Shown piece after piece: positions 9,928 through 21,733 of a stretch of DNA of 64,000 nucleotides. The notes beneath the pieces were generated by a model. The model made no database searches. It worked only from the letters and a program-made list of their open reading frames with translations, and was not told the DNA's origin. Every line of letters begins with the position of its first letter. The first letter of the stretch is position 1. The stretch comes from Myxococcales bacterium. GTDB taxonomy: Bacteria; Desulfobacterota; Binatia; HRBIN30. The stretch spans positions 128,001 to 192,000 of the forward strand of contig JBBILD010000005.1 of NCBI GenBank assembly GCA_037445065.1, read 5' to 3'. Made by a program: the position numbers and the translations under genes.

Positions 9928-12681
9928 TCATGAGCAGCCGCTCGTCGCCCCGCAGTTCAGGCACTTGTAACAGCTACCGTTCCGCACCATGATCGAGCCG
10001 CAGTCATGGCAGCTCGGAGCATCTGCCTGCGGACTGAAGCCCAACGCAGCCACCCGCGCAGCAGGCTCGACTTCGCTCCCCGCACTCGGGCTGCTCGACT
10101 CCTGGTCTGGCTCGCGAGATACGATACCGATTTGCGAGCGCTTCTCTGGGCCCAAAAACCGCGCGCCCAAGAAGCGGAAAATGTAATCAATCAAAGACTT
10201 GGCGAACGGAATATCGGGGTTCTTGGTGAAGCCCGAGGGTTCGAAGCGCACGTGGCTGAACTTGTCCACCAGAACTTCGAGCGGCACCCCGTATTGGAGC
10301 GCCATGGAAGTGAGGATCCCGATGGTGTCCATGAGCCCCGAAACCGTGCTCCCTTCCTTCGCAATCTTGATGAAGATTTCCCCCGGCTGCCCGTCCTCGT
10401 ACAAGCCCACATGGATGTACCCCTCGTGCCCGGCGATATCGAACTTGTGCCGGATAGACTGGCAGTCGTTCGGCAGCCGGCGCCGCACCGGACGGAACTC
10501 CGCCGCGGCCTCTGACTTCTGCACGCGCGCCGTGTTGAGGGGCTGGGTCCGTTTGCACCCGTCACGATACACTGCCACCGCCTTCAGGCCCAGGCGCCAG
10601 GCAGCCAGGTAGGCGTCCATGATGTCTTCCACTGTGGCGTGGTTCGGCATATTGATCGTTTTGGAGATCGCACCGGAGATGAACGGCTGCACCGCACCCA
10701 TCATGCGCAGGTGGCCCATGTAGTGAATCGAGCGCTGTCCCCGTGCCGGCTTGAAAGCGCAGTCAAACACCGGCAAGTGCTCCTCGCGCAGGCCCGGGGC
10801 GCCTTCGATCGTGTCATTCTCGTCTATGTACTCGACAATCCGCTGAATCTCCGCCGACTCGTATCCCAGGCGCCGGAGGGCGCGGGGCACCGTCGAGTTG
10901 ACGATCTTCAATACGCCCCCACCAACCAGCTTCTTGTATTTCACTAGGGCAATATCGGGCTCAACTCCCGTGGTGTCGCAGTCCATCATGAACGCAATCG
11001 TGCCGGTAGGCGCCAGCACCGTGGCTTGCGAGTTGCGCACCCCGAACCGCTCACCTCGCTCGACAACCTCATCCCACACTTGCCGTGCGGAACCGAGGAG
11101 CTCGAGGGGGACGTACGTCGAATCAATCTTGTGGGCATAGGATCGGTGTTTGCGCAGCACGCGCAGCATCCCATCTCGGTCGTTGGCAAAGCCAGCAAAT
11201 GGACCCATCCGCTCGGCAATCCGGGTCGACTGCAGGTATGCCTCACCGGTCATGAGCGCGGTGACCGCAGCAGCGTACTGGCGACCCGCTTCGGAGTCGT
11301 ACGGCAACCCAAGCGACATCAGAAGTGCGCCCAAATTGGCGTAACCCAAGCCCAACTGCCGGTAGCGGCGCGCGTTTTCCTCGATCTCCGGAGTTGGGTA
11401 GCTGGAGTGATCCACGATGATGTCCTGCGCGGTGATGGTGATATCCACCGCATGGCGAAACGCTTCCACATCGAAATTGCCGGCCTCATCCACGAACTTC
11501 ATCAGGTTGAGCGAGGCCAGATTGCACGCAGAGTTGTCGAGGTGCATGTACTCCGAGCACGGGTTCGAAGCGTTGATGCGGCCAGCGTTCGGGCACGTAT
11601 GCCACTCGTTGATCGTGGTGTCGAACTGCATTCCCGGGTCGCCACACACCCAAGCAGCCTCAGCAATCATGCGAAACAGATCGCGCGCGCGGAACACCTC
11701 CGCGGTCTCCCCGCTCAGCACGTAACGAGTCGCCCAGGTTCCGTCTTCTTCTACCGCACGCATGAACGCATCGGGAACCCGCACCGAGTTGTTGGCGTTT
11801 TGAAAGAACACCGACCCGTAGGCTGGGCCATCGAGCGAGCCATCATAGCCTGCGTCAATCAAAGCCCAGGCCTTTTTCTCTTCCTCCTCCTTGCAACGGA
11901 TGAACTCGACAATGTCCGGGTGATCAATGTTGAGCACCACCATTTTCGCGGCCCGCCGCGTCTTGCCACCCGATTTGATGACGCCGGCGGAAGCATCCGC
12001 TGCCTTCATGAAGGAAACCGGCCCGGAGGCGGTGCCACCACCAGCCAGTTTTTCCTTAGAAGAGCGAATCTTCGACAGGTTGACCCCGGAACCAGAGCCT
12101 CCCTTAAAAATGATTCCTTCGTTGCGGTACCAGTTGAGGATGGACTCCATCGTGTCTTCCACCGACAAGATGAAGCAAGCCGAACACTGCGGGCGAGGCT
12201 CGATCCCCACGTTGAACCAAACCGGGCTGTTGAAGGCCATTTTTTGGTGCAACAACAGGTGGGTGAGTTCCGCAGAAAAGGTCTCTGCATCCTCCCGGGA
12301 GGCGAAGTAACCCTGCTCTTCACCCCAGGCACGCAGGGTGCGCACCACACGGCCAATGAGCTGCCGCACACTATGCTCCCGCTCCGGCGCGCCGAGCTGC
12401 CCCCGGAAGTACTTGGAGACGACTACGCTGGTCGCCAGTTGCGACCACGAGCGCGGAATCTCCACGTTGTTTTGCTCGAAGATGACCTCCCCTTTCTCGC
12501 CGGTGATCACCGCTTTGCGCAACTCCCACTCGACCGAGTCGAAGGGGTCCTCCCCGGGGTTGGTGAAGAAGCGGCGGAACCGTAGGCCCCTCTCTACCTC
12601 CGAGCCTGTGGCGCTCCTTTGCGCGGGTACAAACCGTTGGCCTTTCTCGTTTCGCCGCTTATTGTGCACGCCGTTCGCCAT
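9928..12681 (-). CDS. nrdJ: Class II adenosylcobalamin-dependent ribonucleotide reductase
   Basis: FNSPVWFN, CSACFI, ASNPCSEY, APTGTI, AISKTIN; C-terminal TSCPD-type domain ending CLNCGATSGCS. Confidence 0.96.
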   Translation of the reverse strand: MANGVHNKRRNEKGQRFVPAQRSATGSEVERGLRFRRFFTNPGEDPFDSVEWELRKAVITGEKGEVIFEQNNVEIPRSWSQLATSVVVSKYFRGQLGAPEREHSVRQLIGRVVRTLRAWGEEQGYFASREDAETFSAELTHLLLHQKMAFNSPVWFNVGIEPRPQCSACFILSVEDTMESILNWYRNEGIIFKGGSGSGVNLSKIRSSKEKLAGGGTASGPVSFMKAADASAGVIKSGGKTRRAAKMVVLNIDHPDIVEFIRCKEEEEKKAWALIDAGYDGSLDGPAYGSVFFQNANNSVRVPDAFMRAVEEDGTWATRYVLSGETAEVFRARDLFRMIAEAAWVCGDPGMQFDTTINEWHTCPNAGRINASNPCSEYMHLDNSACNLASLNLMKFVDEAGNFDVEAFRHAVDITITAQDIIVDHSSYPTPEIEENARRYRQLGLGYANLGALLMSLGLPYDSEAGRQYAAAVTALMTGEAYLQSTRIAERMGPFAGFANDRDGMLRVLRKHRSYAHKIDSTYVPLELLGSARQVWDEVVERGERFGVRNSQATVLAPTGTIAFMMDCDTTGVEPDIALVKYKKLVGGGVLKIVNSTVPRALRRLGYESAEIQRIVEYIDENDTIEGAPGLREEHLPVFDCAFKPARGQRSIHYMGHLRMMGAVQPFISGAISKTINMPNHATVEDIMDAYLAAWRLGLKAVAVYRDGCKRTQPLNTARVQKSEAAAEFRPVRRRLPNDCQSIRHKFDIAGHEGYIHVGLYEDGQPGEIFIKIAKEGSTVSGLMDTIGILTSMALQYGVPLEVLVDKFSHVRFEPSGFTKNPDIPFAKSLIDYIFRFLGARFLGPEKRSQIGIVSREPDQESSSPSAGSEVEPAARVAALGFSPQADAPSCHDCGSIMVRNGSCYKCLNCGATSGCS

Positions 12682-12708
12682 TTGCCTTCTCCTCCACGAT
12701 CCCTCGAA

Positions 12709-12763
12709 CCCCTATCCGTTGTGGGCGGACACCGTATAAGACACAAGATGTTGTGGTTGTCAA
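12709..12763 (-). promoter_or_regulatory. Tandem NrdR boxes and -35 (TTGACA) of nrdJ
   Basis: ACACAAGATGTTGTGG (12741-12756) matches the NrdR consensus acaCwAtATaTwGtgt; weaker box CCCCTATCCGTTGTGG starts 32 bp away (12709-12724); TTGACA on the minus strand at 12763-12758. Confidence 0.75.
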
Positions 12764-12818
12764 GCAAAGCCACCTTCCTTCTAGCCGGCGCTTTGCTGGC
12801 GCGGTAAAGTGGCACTCT

Positions 12819-15140
<2,322 letters not shown>

Positions 15141-15197
15141 GTGACTTGCGCGGCTGGGCGAGGACCAGTAGGCAGGCCCTTTCAGGAGGTGAGGCTC

Positions 15198-15404
15198 ATG
15201 GCCGAAACAGTGCGGATCAAAACCATTGCAGACGGTCCCTACGAAGTCCGAGGACCGGTCGAACTCGTGGATGCACGGAATCGCCCCTTCCAGGTCAGCG
15301 AGCAACCGATTTACCTTTGCCGCTGCGGGCATTCCGCGAACAAGCCGTTTTGCGACGGCTCGCACAAGCAAGTAGGGTTCAAGGCGAACGAAGAGGCTCG
15401 CTAG
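15198..15404 (+). CDS. CDGSH iron-sulfur domain protein
   Basis: DGPY...LCRCGHSANKPFCDGSH; strong RBS. Confidence 0.93.
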   Translation: MAETVRIKTIADGPYEVRGPVELVDARNRPFQVSEQPIYLCRCGHSANKPFCDGSHKQVGFKANEEAR

Positions 15405-15441
15405 GCGAGTCTCCGCCCAAATCAGCATGGAGGTTCTTCCC

Positions 15442-15930
15442 ATGGCAATTTCAGTTGGACAAAAGCTACCCCTTCACATCTCGCTCAAGGAAATGACCGA
15501 GCAGGGCCCGCGGGATGCCAAGCTCGAGGACGTCTTTCGGGGCAAGAAGGTTGTGGTGTTCGCTGTCCCCGGCGCCTTCACTCCGACGTGTAGCGCCAAG
15601 CACCTTCCCGGCTTTGTTGAGCGGGCAGACGAAATCAAGGCAAAAGGCATAGACGACATCGTGTGCATCGCCGTAAACGATGTCTTCGTCATGGGCGCCT
15701 GGGCAAACGCGAGTGGAGCCAAAGGCAAAGTGCGTCTGCTCGCAGACGGGAACGCCGAATTTACCAAGGCGATCGGACTCGAGCTCGACGCGAGCGGATT
15801 TGGCATGGGCCTTCGCTCGCAGCGGTATGCGATGATCGTAGAAGACGGAGTGGTCAAGGAGCTGCTGGTCGAGCCGGGCCCTGGTCTGAGCGTTTCGAGT
15901 GCCGATTCCGTACTGGCCAAACTCGGCTAG
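15442..15930 (+). CDS. Peroxiredoxin (Prx5-like)
   Basis: FAVPGAFTPTCSAKHLPGF, NDVFVMGAW, RSQRYAM. Confidence 0.95.
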   Translation: MAISVGQKLPLHISLKEMTEQGPRDAKLEDVFRGKKVVVFAVPGAFTPTCSAKHLPGFVERADEIKAKGIDDIVCIAVNDVFVMGAWANASGAKGKVRLLADGNAEFTKAIGLELDASGFGMGLRSQRYAMIVEDGVVKELLVEPGPGLSVSSADSVLAKLG

Positions 15931-16395
15931 CGCCGAAAGAGTTTCTTTGATCGAGCGGTGCCAGTGAGGCAGGTGCGGGATCCTGCATCATTGGCCGCAC
16001 TTGCCTTGCGGCCCGCAGACATTCATCCGCGACCACGTCGCTTTCATCCACCGCGCCGCCGCAGCCTTTTCGACCTCGCTTGGGGCCCGCTGGTCGTCCC
16101 TCGCCGGGAGGCCACATTCGCGTAGGCTCGGTCACTAGCGGGCCTGATTGCAAGGTCCCGGAAGTCCACGCACAATCCGGCCGTCGTTCCGCTGACAGCA
16201 GGGGCACACTCCACTGCGCTGCCACGAGCAAGCGCTAACGCTTCGCTGCTTTCTCCGCCAGTCTTTGGGCGGTGCAGTTGCGCCGTGCCAGGAGGAGTCC
16301 TGGCAGGCGCGCGTTCCACCGCAAGATGTTCGACTGTTCTCCGCGTCCTCCGCGGAGAGCCAGCGCAACGGGAGCCGGCATAAAGGTGCGAGAGA

Positions 16396-16468
16396 AGGCG
16401 GCGAGCGGATTCGAACCGCTGCATCGAGGTTTTGCAGACCTCTCCCTTAGCCACTTGGGTACGCCGCC
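16396..16468 (-). tRNA. tRNA-Cys(GCA)
   Basis: GGCGGCG acceptor stem, CCCAAGTGGCTAAGGG D arm, GAGGT-CTGCAAA-ACCTC anticodon arm, GGTTCGAATCC T loop, U73; CCA not encoded. Confidence 0.95.
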
Positions 16469-16586
16469 TCGAGTCGCTGCCTCGCTTAGCAAGCTTGCCG
16501 GAGGGCTTCAATTCGGTTTTCGCGCGTTGACCCGCGCGCCGGCCAACAGTAAGAACGCTCCACTTTCGTGGAAGCCGAGACGCAAG

Positions 16587-17294
16587 ATGCGGATGGTGCT
16601 CATGTTGCTGTTGTTGCTGGGTCTCGGCTGCGAACCCGCCCACACCCGGGAGGAGGTCCAGGCAAGCACCGACCGCGGAACCGCGGGAAGCGGGAAATCC
16701 TCCCAAGCGGCCACTCTGGCTGCACGCCCGCAAGGGCGCTCTCCATCCGGCGCTCCCCTTCCTCCTCTCCAACTCGTTGCTGAGCCGGTGCGCGGAGAGG
16801 CACCGCTGGCGGTGCACTTCCGTGTGTCAGGAGCGGAAATGGGAGCGCTGCTGCGATGGGAATTTGGCGAAGGCACTGTACACGAGGGCACACAACCCGA
16901 GGCCTGGCACCGCTACCAAACGCCCGGCACCTACGTAGTGCGAGTGCGGGACATCCCAGCCGAGCGCGAGGCGAGCGCCGTGCTTGAGGTCACAGAACGC
17001 GCGCTGGATCTCGATGTCGAGGCAGTACCGGACATCGGGCGAGCTCCGTTACAAGTGGAATTCCGGCTCGTCCTGAGCGATCCAGGCGAACCGCTGCGCA
17101 GCATCCGCTGGAACTTCGGTGACGGGCACGAGGCGGACGGGGCGATTGTCCGCCACTTGTTCACAGAGCCCGGTGGTTTTTGGGTTACCGTACAGGTAGA
17201 GCGCAAAACCGGTTCGCTGCTGCAACGGGACGTGTTTGTGCAAGTAGATCCGCCTGCAGGGGTGCAAAGCGAGGGAAACGAAGAGGATGGGTAA
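16587..17294 (+). CDS. Lipoprotein with two PKD domains
   Basis: LLLLLGLGC lipobox; GEAPLAVHF...WEFGEG...HRYQTPGTY and GRAPLQVEF...WNFGDG...HLFTEPG. Confidence 0.8.
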   Translation: MRMVLMLLLLLGLGCEPAHTREEVQASTDRGTAGSGKSSQAATLAARPQGRSPSGAPLPPLQLVAEPVRGEAPLAVHFRVSGAEMGALLRWEFGEGTVHEGTQPEAWHRYQTPGTYVVRVRDIPAEREASAVLEVTERALDLDVEAVPDIGRAPLQVEFRLVLSDPGEPLRSIRWNFGDGHEADGAIVRHLFTEPGGFWVTVQVERKTGSLLQRDVFVQVDPPAGVQSEGNEEDG

Positions 17295-17759
17295 ATGAGC
17301 AGAAATTGGCCTTTTCTTTACTCCGGGGTACTCTCTATCAGCCTGGCGCTGGCAGGTTGCGGCGGTTGCGAGCGACAAGAAGAGCCCGTGCTTCTCGTTC
17401 CGCCCGAAGGACAACTACCCAAGGTCGCTCAGCCTGCGACCACGCCCACGATTCCGGTAACTGTGGGGCCTGGGTGTCTGGTGATTCTGACCCCGGATGT
17501 GGAGGAGGGACCTGCGCCCCTCGAAGTGCGCTTCACGGCGGAGGGTCTTTGCTCTGACAACGACGGCGAGTTCGAATGGGATTTTGGGGACGGTTCCGCA
17601 ACGGTAACCGGTGGCACTCGCTTTGAGAACGGCGCACGCGTCTCGCACACGTACCAGAAGCCCGGCGAGTACATTGCACGCGTGACGCTGCGCGACCCAC
17701 AAAATCAAGTGTCCGACACCGACGAATATCCAATCACCGTCCTCGCGCCCGAGCCGTGA
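17295..17759 (+). CDS. Lipoprotein with one PKD domain
   Basis: LALAGC lipobox; GPAPLEVRF...WDFGDGS...HTYQKPGEY. Confidence 0.85.
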   Translation: MSRNWPFLYSGVLSISLALAGCGGCERQEEPVLLVPPEGQLPKVAQPATTPTIPVTVGPGCLVILTPDVEEGPAPLEVRFTAEGLCSDNDGEFEWDFGDGSATVTGGTRFENGARVSHTYQKPGEYIARVTLRDPQNQVSDTDEYPITVLAPEP

Positions 17760-17891
17760 GCGCTCCGCGCCTGCTCGGGAAAGGCTCTCCTCCACCCAAC
17801 CGAGAATTCGTTGGTGACCGCGCTTTCCAAGCACACGGCGCTGGGATGCTTTGACTTCGCGGAACGGCTTCGCTAGGTAGACGCCCCGCAT

Positions 17892-17965
17892 GCGGGTGTA
17901 GCTCAGCTGGCTAGAGCGTATGCTTGCCAAGCATAAGGTCGCCGGTTCGACCCCGGTCACCCGCT
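17892..17965 (+). tRNA. tRNA-Gly(GCC)
   Basis: GCGGGTG acceptor, TATGC-TTGCCAA-GCATA anticodon arm, GGTTCGACCCC T arm; TTGACT -35 at 17851. Confidence 0.95.
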
Positions 17966-17972
17966 CTTTCCG

Positions 17973-18002
17973 CCGGCCTCGGAATCGAGGCCGGTTTTCT
18001 TC
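17973..18002 (+). terminator. Rho-independent terminator after tRNA-Gly
   Basis: CCGGCCTCG-GAAT-CGAGGCCGG hairpin followed by TTTTCTTC. Confidence 0.8.
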
Positions 18003-18072
18003 TCTCGCCAGGCTTGCGCCTTCGAGCCACTTCGGTCATGGTGAAACTCGCCCGGAGAGGAGAGGCGCAGGC

Positions 18073-18546
18073 ATGTACGTGGTCGAAGTACTGGAGCAGT
18101 GCGCGGCACTGGCGACTCGGGTGGCTCGTCTATACCGGCAACTGGCCGAGCGGTTTCCCCATGATCCCGCACGAGCGCAGTTGTGGCGCGAACTCGCCTT
18201 CTTGGAAGAAACCCATGCGGAAGTGTTGCAGCGCGAACTCCGCAGTTTCGAGGAGCGCGAGGAGACCGGCGACTTCGTTCCGGAAATGGCGGAGCGTCTT
18301 CGGCAAGCGGAGGCGACGCTGAGTGCGATCGAGGCACAGCTTGCCGCTTCCCAAGGACCGGACGCCGCAATCGAGGCGTCCGTAGCGCTCGAGCAGATGC
18401 ACCTGGAGGAACTGTACGATGACTTGGTCATCCAGGGTGAGCCGGCGTTCCGCTTGTTGATGGAACGCTTAGAAGGGGCGTTAGCCCGCAGGCCCGAAAT
18501 TCCTCCCACGCTGGTACGCAGGCAATGGCTGGGAAGACAACCCTGA
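18073..18546 (+). CDS. Ferritin-like/rubrerythrin-like four-helix protein
   Basis: ARLYRQLAERF...LWRELAFLEETHA, ALEQ...LY pattern; GAGG RBS. Confidence 0.6.
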   Translation: MYVVEVLEQCAALATRVARLYRQLAERFPHDPARAQLWRELAFLEETHAEVLQRELRSFEEREETGDFVPEMAERLRQAEATLSAIEAQLAASQGPDAAIEASVALEQMHLEELYDDLVIQGEPAFRLLMERLEGALARRPEIPPTLVRRQWLGRQP

Positions 18547-18632
18547 GCAGGCAAAATCGCAACCGAGCCGCAGCAAAAGCGGGTCCGCGGGCTTACGCCG
18601 AGTTCGAACCATTTCGGCCGAGGTGGCAGGCA

Positions 18633-19604
18633 ATGTTTCGCAGTTTGGGATTCGAGAGCCGGCGCGGCGCGCGCCGAACCGCCGTATTTGCCCCGCTGCT
18701 GTTGGGAGTGCTTGCGCTGAGTGCCTGTGCCGCGAAAAAGCCAAAGAGTGCAGAGGAGTATTTCCGCGCCGCGAGCGCGAGTTTTCGCAGTGGCGCCTTG
18801 GGTGTAGCCAGCGAGCAGTTCCGCGAACTGCTCGACCAGCACCCGTTCAGCGAGTATGCCGAAGAGGCCGAGCTGCGTATTGCCCACGCCCATTACTTGG
18901 AGGGTCGCTACGCGGAAGCTGTGGTGGCGCTCACCGATTTCCAACGGCGCCACCCAACCAGCCCCCACTTGCCCCTGGTGGGGTACTTGCTCGGCATGTG
19001 CTACGCGCGGCAAATGTTGCCGATTGACCGCGACCAAACCGCGGCCCAGAACGCTCTCACCTACTTTCTGACCGTCGCTCGCCAGTATCCGGAGAGCCCG
19101 TACGCAGAACTGGCGCGCGAGGAACTCGAGCGTTGCCGCCGGCGCTTGGCCGGTCATGAAGCCTATGTGGCTGAGTTCTACGCCAAGCGTGGGCACTGGA
19201 AAGCGGCGGAGGTGCGGCTGCTGGAACTCGCGGCAAAGTACGGTTCCACCGAGGAAGGAACCCGAGGACTCCTCTCGCTTGCCCGCCACTATGAAAAGCA
19301 AGGCATGACCGACCGAGCCCGGCTCGCATACCAGGCCGTAGCGCAGGCACGACCGGGCAGCGCCGACGCCGTGGTGGCGCAGCGAGCACTCCAGCGCCTG
19401 CGCGTGGAAGAGCCAATTCGTGCGGCTGACCCCATTACGGTGCTGCTCGCGTTGAACGGTCGCTCTCAAGTGGTCGATTCCTTCGACACCGCCCAGGTGA
19501 CACCTCCGCAGCCGGCCCGCTTGCCCTCCAGTGCCGGGGCGATGCCGGTCCCGGCCGTTGGCACCGGGTTCGATCCGTTTGGTCGTGGCCGTTCCTACTA
19601 CTAA
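18633..19604 (+). CDS. bamD: Outer membrane protein assembly factor BamD
   Basis: LSAC lipobox; HPFSEYAEEAELRIAHAHY, FQRRHPTSP, DRDQT, YPESPY, LAGHEAYVAEFY. Confidence 0.88.
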   Translation: MFRSLGFESRRGARRTAVFAPLLLGVLALSACAAKKPKSAEEYFRAASASFRSGALGVASEQFRELLDQHPFSEYAEEAELRIAHAHYLEGRYAEAVVALTDFQRRHPTSPHLPLVGYLLGMCYARQMLPIDRDQTAAQNALTYFLTVARQYPESPYAELAREELERCRRRLAGHEAYVAEFYAKRGHWKAAEVRLLELAAKYGSTEEGTRGLLSLARHYEKQGMTDRARLAYQAVAQARPGSADAVVAQRALQRLRVEEPIRAADPITVLLALNGRSQVVDSFDTAQVTPPQPARLPSSAGAMPVPAVGTGFDPFGRGRSYY

Positions 19605-20361
19605 CCTCGGAGCATCTTCCTCCGCGCACGAGGCTTGGCGGCACGGTCGGGTGTTGATCGCCGGCGTGGGCGGTTTGGGCTGCCCGGCTGCCCTCCTCAT
19701 CGCCCAGGCGGGGGTCGGCAACCTCACGATCGTGGATCCCGACAGGGTCGAAGTTTCCAACCTTCACCGCCAGCCTCTGTTCGATGAACTTGACCTCGGC
19801 CAGCCCAAGGCGCTGGTCGCTGCGCAACGCTTACAGGAGCGGTTCCCAGCGCTGGCCATCAAAGGCCTTGTCGCCGCCGTAGAAGAGGAGAACATCGAGC
19901 CGCTGCTAACCGGGCACGACCTGCTGGTAGACGCCACAGACCGAATCGAAACCAAGCTTTGGCTGAACGATCAGTGCGTGCGACTCGGCATCCCGCTCGT
20001 CCATGCGGGAGCACTCGGCTGGCAGGGGCAGCTCTGCACCGTTTTACCCGGGCGCAGTGCGTGCTTACGCTGCATCTTTGCAGCGGCGGACGATGAGTCG
20101 CTGCGCTCCTCCTGCCGAGAAGCAGGGATCGTGGGTCCTGTGGTCGGCTATCTCGGCGCGCGGCAAGCCTTCGAGGCACTGGCGCTCCTGGCCGGAGAGT
20201 GGGGCCAACTCACGGCCGACCGCATGTTGCTGTTCGACGCCTGGCGTCCGAGCCTTCGCGTGGTACGCGTGAAACGCGACCCGAACTGCGCGGTGTGCGC
20301 TGGTGTTTTGCCAGCACGAAGCGACCACACTCGTAAGAACACCCGCGCTTGCAGCGCATAG
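19585..20361 (+). CDS. ThiF/MoeB family E1-like adenylyltransferase (active-site copy, lacks the N-terminal YSRQ arm)
   Basis: VLIAGVGGLG P-loop, DPDRVEVSNLHRQ, GQPK, DATD, CLRC, SCREAG catalytic Cys, CAVC; start uncertain. Confidence 0.9.
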   Translation: MAVPTTNLGASSSAHEAWRHGRVLIAGVGGLGCPAALLIAQAGVGNLTIVDPDRVEVSNLHRQPLFDELDLGQPKALVAAQRLQERFPALAIKGLVAAVEEENIEPLLTGHDLLVDATDRIETKLWLNDQCVRLGIPLVHAGALGWQGQLCTVLPGRSACLRCIFAAADDESLRSSCREAGIVGPVVGYLGARQAFEALALLAGEWGQLTADRMLLFDAWRPSLRVVRVKRDPNCAVCAGVLPARSDHTRKNTRACSA

Positions 20362-20448
20362 GGGAAGCTTTTACCAGTGGGTCTCACCGAAACGATTCCA
20401 AGTGTCTGCCCGAGCAGGCAGCGTTTGGCGTGAAAAAGGAGGTTCCAC

Positions 20449-20736
20449 ATGGGTGTTCGAGTTCGCATTCCAACGCCGCTCCGCCGGTACACCGATGGGA
20501 AAGAGGAGGTCGTCGCTTCGGGAGCCACCGTGGGGTCGGTGCTCGAAGATCTCGAGCAACACCATCCGGGCATCAAGGAACGGTTGTGCGATGAATCCGG
20601 GAAGGTCCGGAGATTCGTGAACATCTACGTGAATGGCGACGACATTCGCTTCCTCGATTCTCTGGACACCCCGGTGCGGGAGGGAGACGAGATTTCCATC
20701 GTGCCGGCGATTGCCGGCGGAGTTTTGAATGCCTGA
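20449..20736 (+). CDS. MoaD/ThiS/CysO-like ubiquitin-fold sulfur carrier with a C-terminal extension (GG-VLNA)
   Basis: VRIPTPLR...GATV...[16 protein letters not shown]...[19 protein letters not shown]. Confidence 0.95.
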   Translation: MGVRVRIPTPLRRYTDGKEEVVASGATVGSVLEDLEQHHPGIKERLCDESGKVRRFVNIYVNGDDIRFLDSLDTPVREGDEISIVPAIAGGVLNA

Positions 20737-21727
20737 GGCTGCGACCATCCGGTTGCGCCACACCCTGCGCCCGCGCAAAGCGAACTCGGTTCTCGATCTG
20801 GTCGGCAACACGCCTCTGCTCGAGCTCCGCAACCTGCGTGAAGGTGTGGCACCGGGGGTCCAAATCTACGCCAAGCTCGAGGGGTTCAACCCGGGCGGGT
20901 CCGTCAAGGATCGGCCGGCGGTATGGATGATCCGCGACGGCTTGCAGACTGGGAAACTGCGGCCGGGCAAGACGATCATCGACTCGACCTCTGGCAACAC
21001 AGGAATTGCTCTTGCGATGGCTGGGGCAGTCCTCGGCTATCCGGTCGAACTCGTCATGCCCGCCAATGTCAGCAAAGAACGCAAGCAAATTGTCTCGGCA
21101 TACGGGGCTAAAGTGATCTTCAGCGATCCTCTCGAGGGCTCCGATGGAGCCATCCGCCTGTGCCGCAAGATTCTCGCGGAAAACCCGGACAAGTACTTCA
21201 AACCCGATCAGTACTTCAACGAAGTGAACCCGCTGGCGCATTTCGAAAGCACCGGTCCGGAGATCTGGAACGACACCCGCGGTCGGGTCACCCATCTGGT
21301 CGCCGGCATCGGCACGGGTGGGACGATCATGGGCACCGGCCGTTATCTAAGAAGCCGCAACCCGGCCATTCAGGTGATTGCCGTGGAGCCTGATGACGCG
21401 TGGCACGGGCTGGAAGGACTCAAGCACATGGCGACCTCCATCGTACCGGGCATCTATCACGAGGAGGAACTGGACCGAAAAATTCCGGTGAGCACCGACG
21501 CCGCTTATGAAATGGTGTACCAAATCGCCGAACGCGAAGGCATTGTTGTCGGTCAGTCCTCCGGGGCAGCACTGGTGGGCGCGTTGGAGGTTGCGCGCGA
21601 ACTCCGCGAGGGGGTCGTGGTGGTCATCTTCCCGGACTTTGGCGACCGGTACCTGAGCACGAATCTCTGGGTTGGCTGGCGGGAGCGGCGTGCTCGCCTG
21701 GAGCGCATCCTGGCACAAAGTCTCTGA
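20729..21727 (+). CDS. PLP-dependent cysteine synthase family (CysM-like)
   Basis: [50 protein letters not shown]. Confidence 0.93.
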   Translation: MPEAATIRLRHTLRPRKANSVLDLVGNTPLLELRNLREGVAPGVQIYAKLEGFNPGGSVKDRPAVWMIRDGLQTGKLRPGKTIIDSTSGNTGIALAMAGAVLGYPVELVMPANVSKERKQIVSAYGAKVIFSDPLEGSDGAIRLCRKILAENPDKYFKPDQYFNEVNPLAHFESTGPEIWNDTRGRVTHLVAGIGTGGTIMGTGRYLRSRNPAIQVIAVEPDDAWHGLEGLKHMATSIVPGIYHEEELDRKIPVSTDAAYEMVYQIAEREGIVVGQSSGAALVGALEVARELREGVVVVIFPDFGDRYLSTNLWVGWRERRARLERILAQSL

Positions 21728-21733
21728 TCGCCC

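Noticed and set aside
20362..20448. SAM riboswitch before the sulfur carrier
   Set aside because: Only a small CTGCC-N6-GGCAG hairpin; no SAM-I core motifs.
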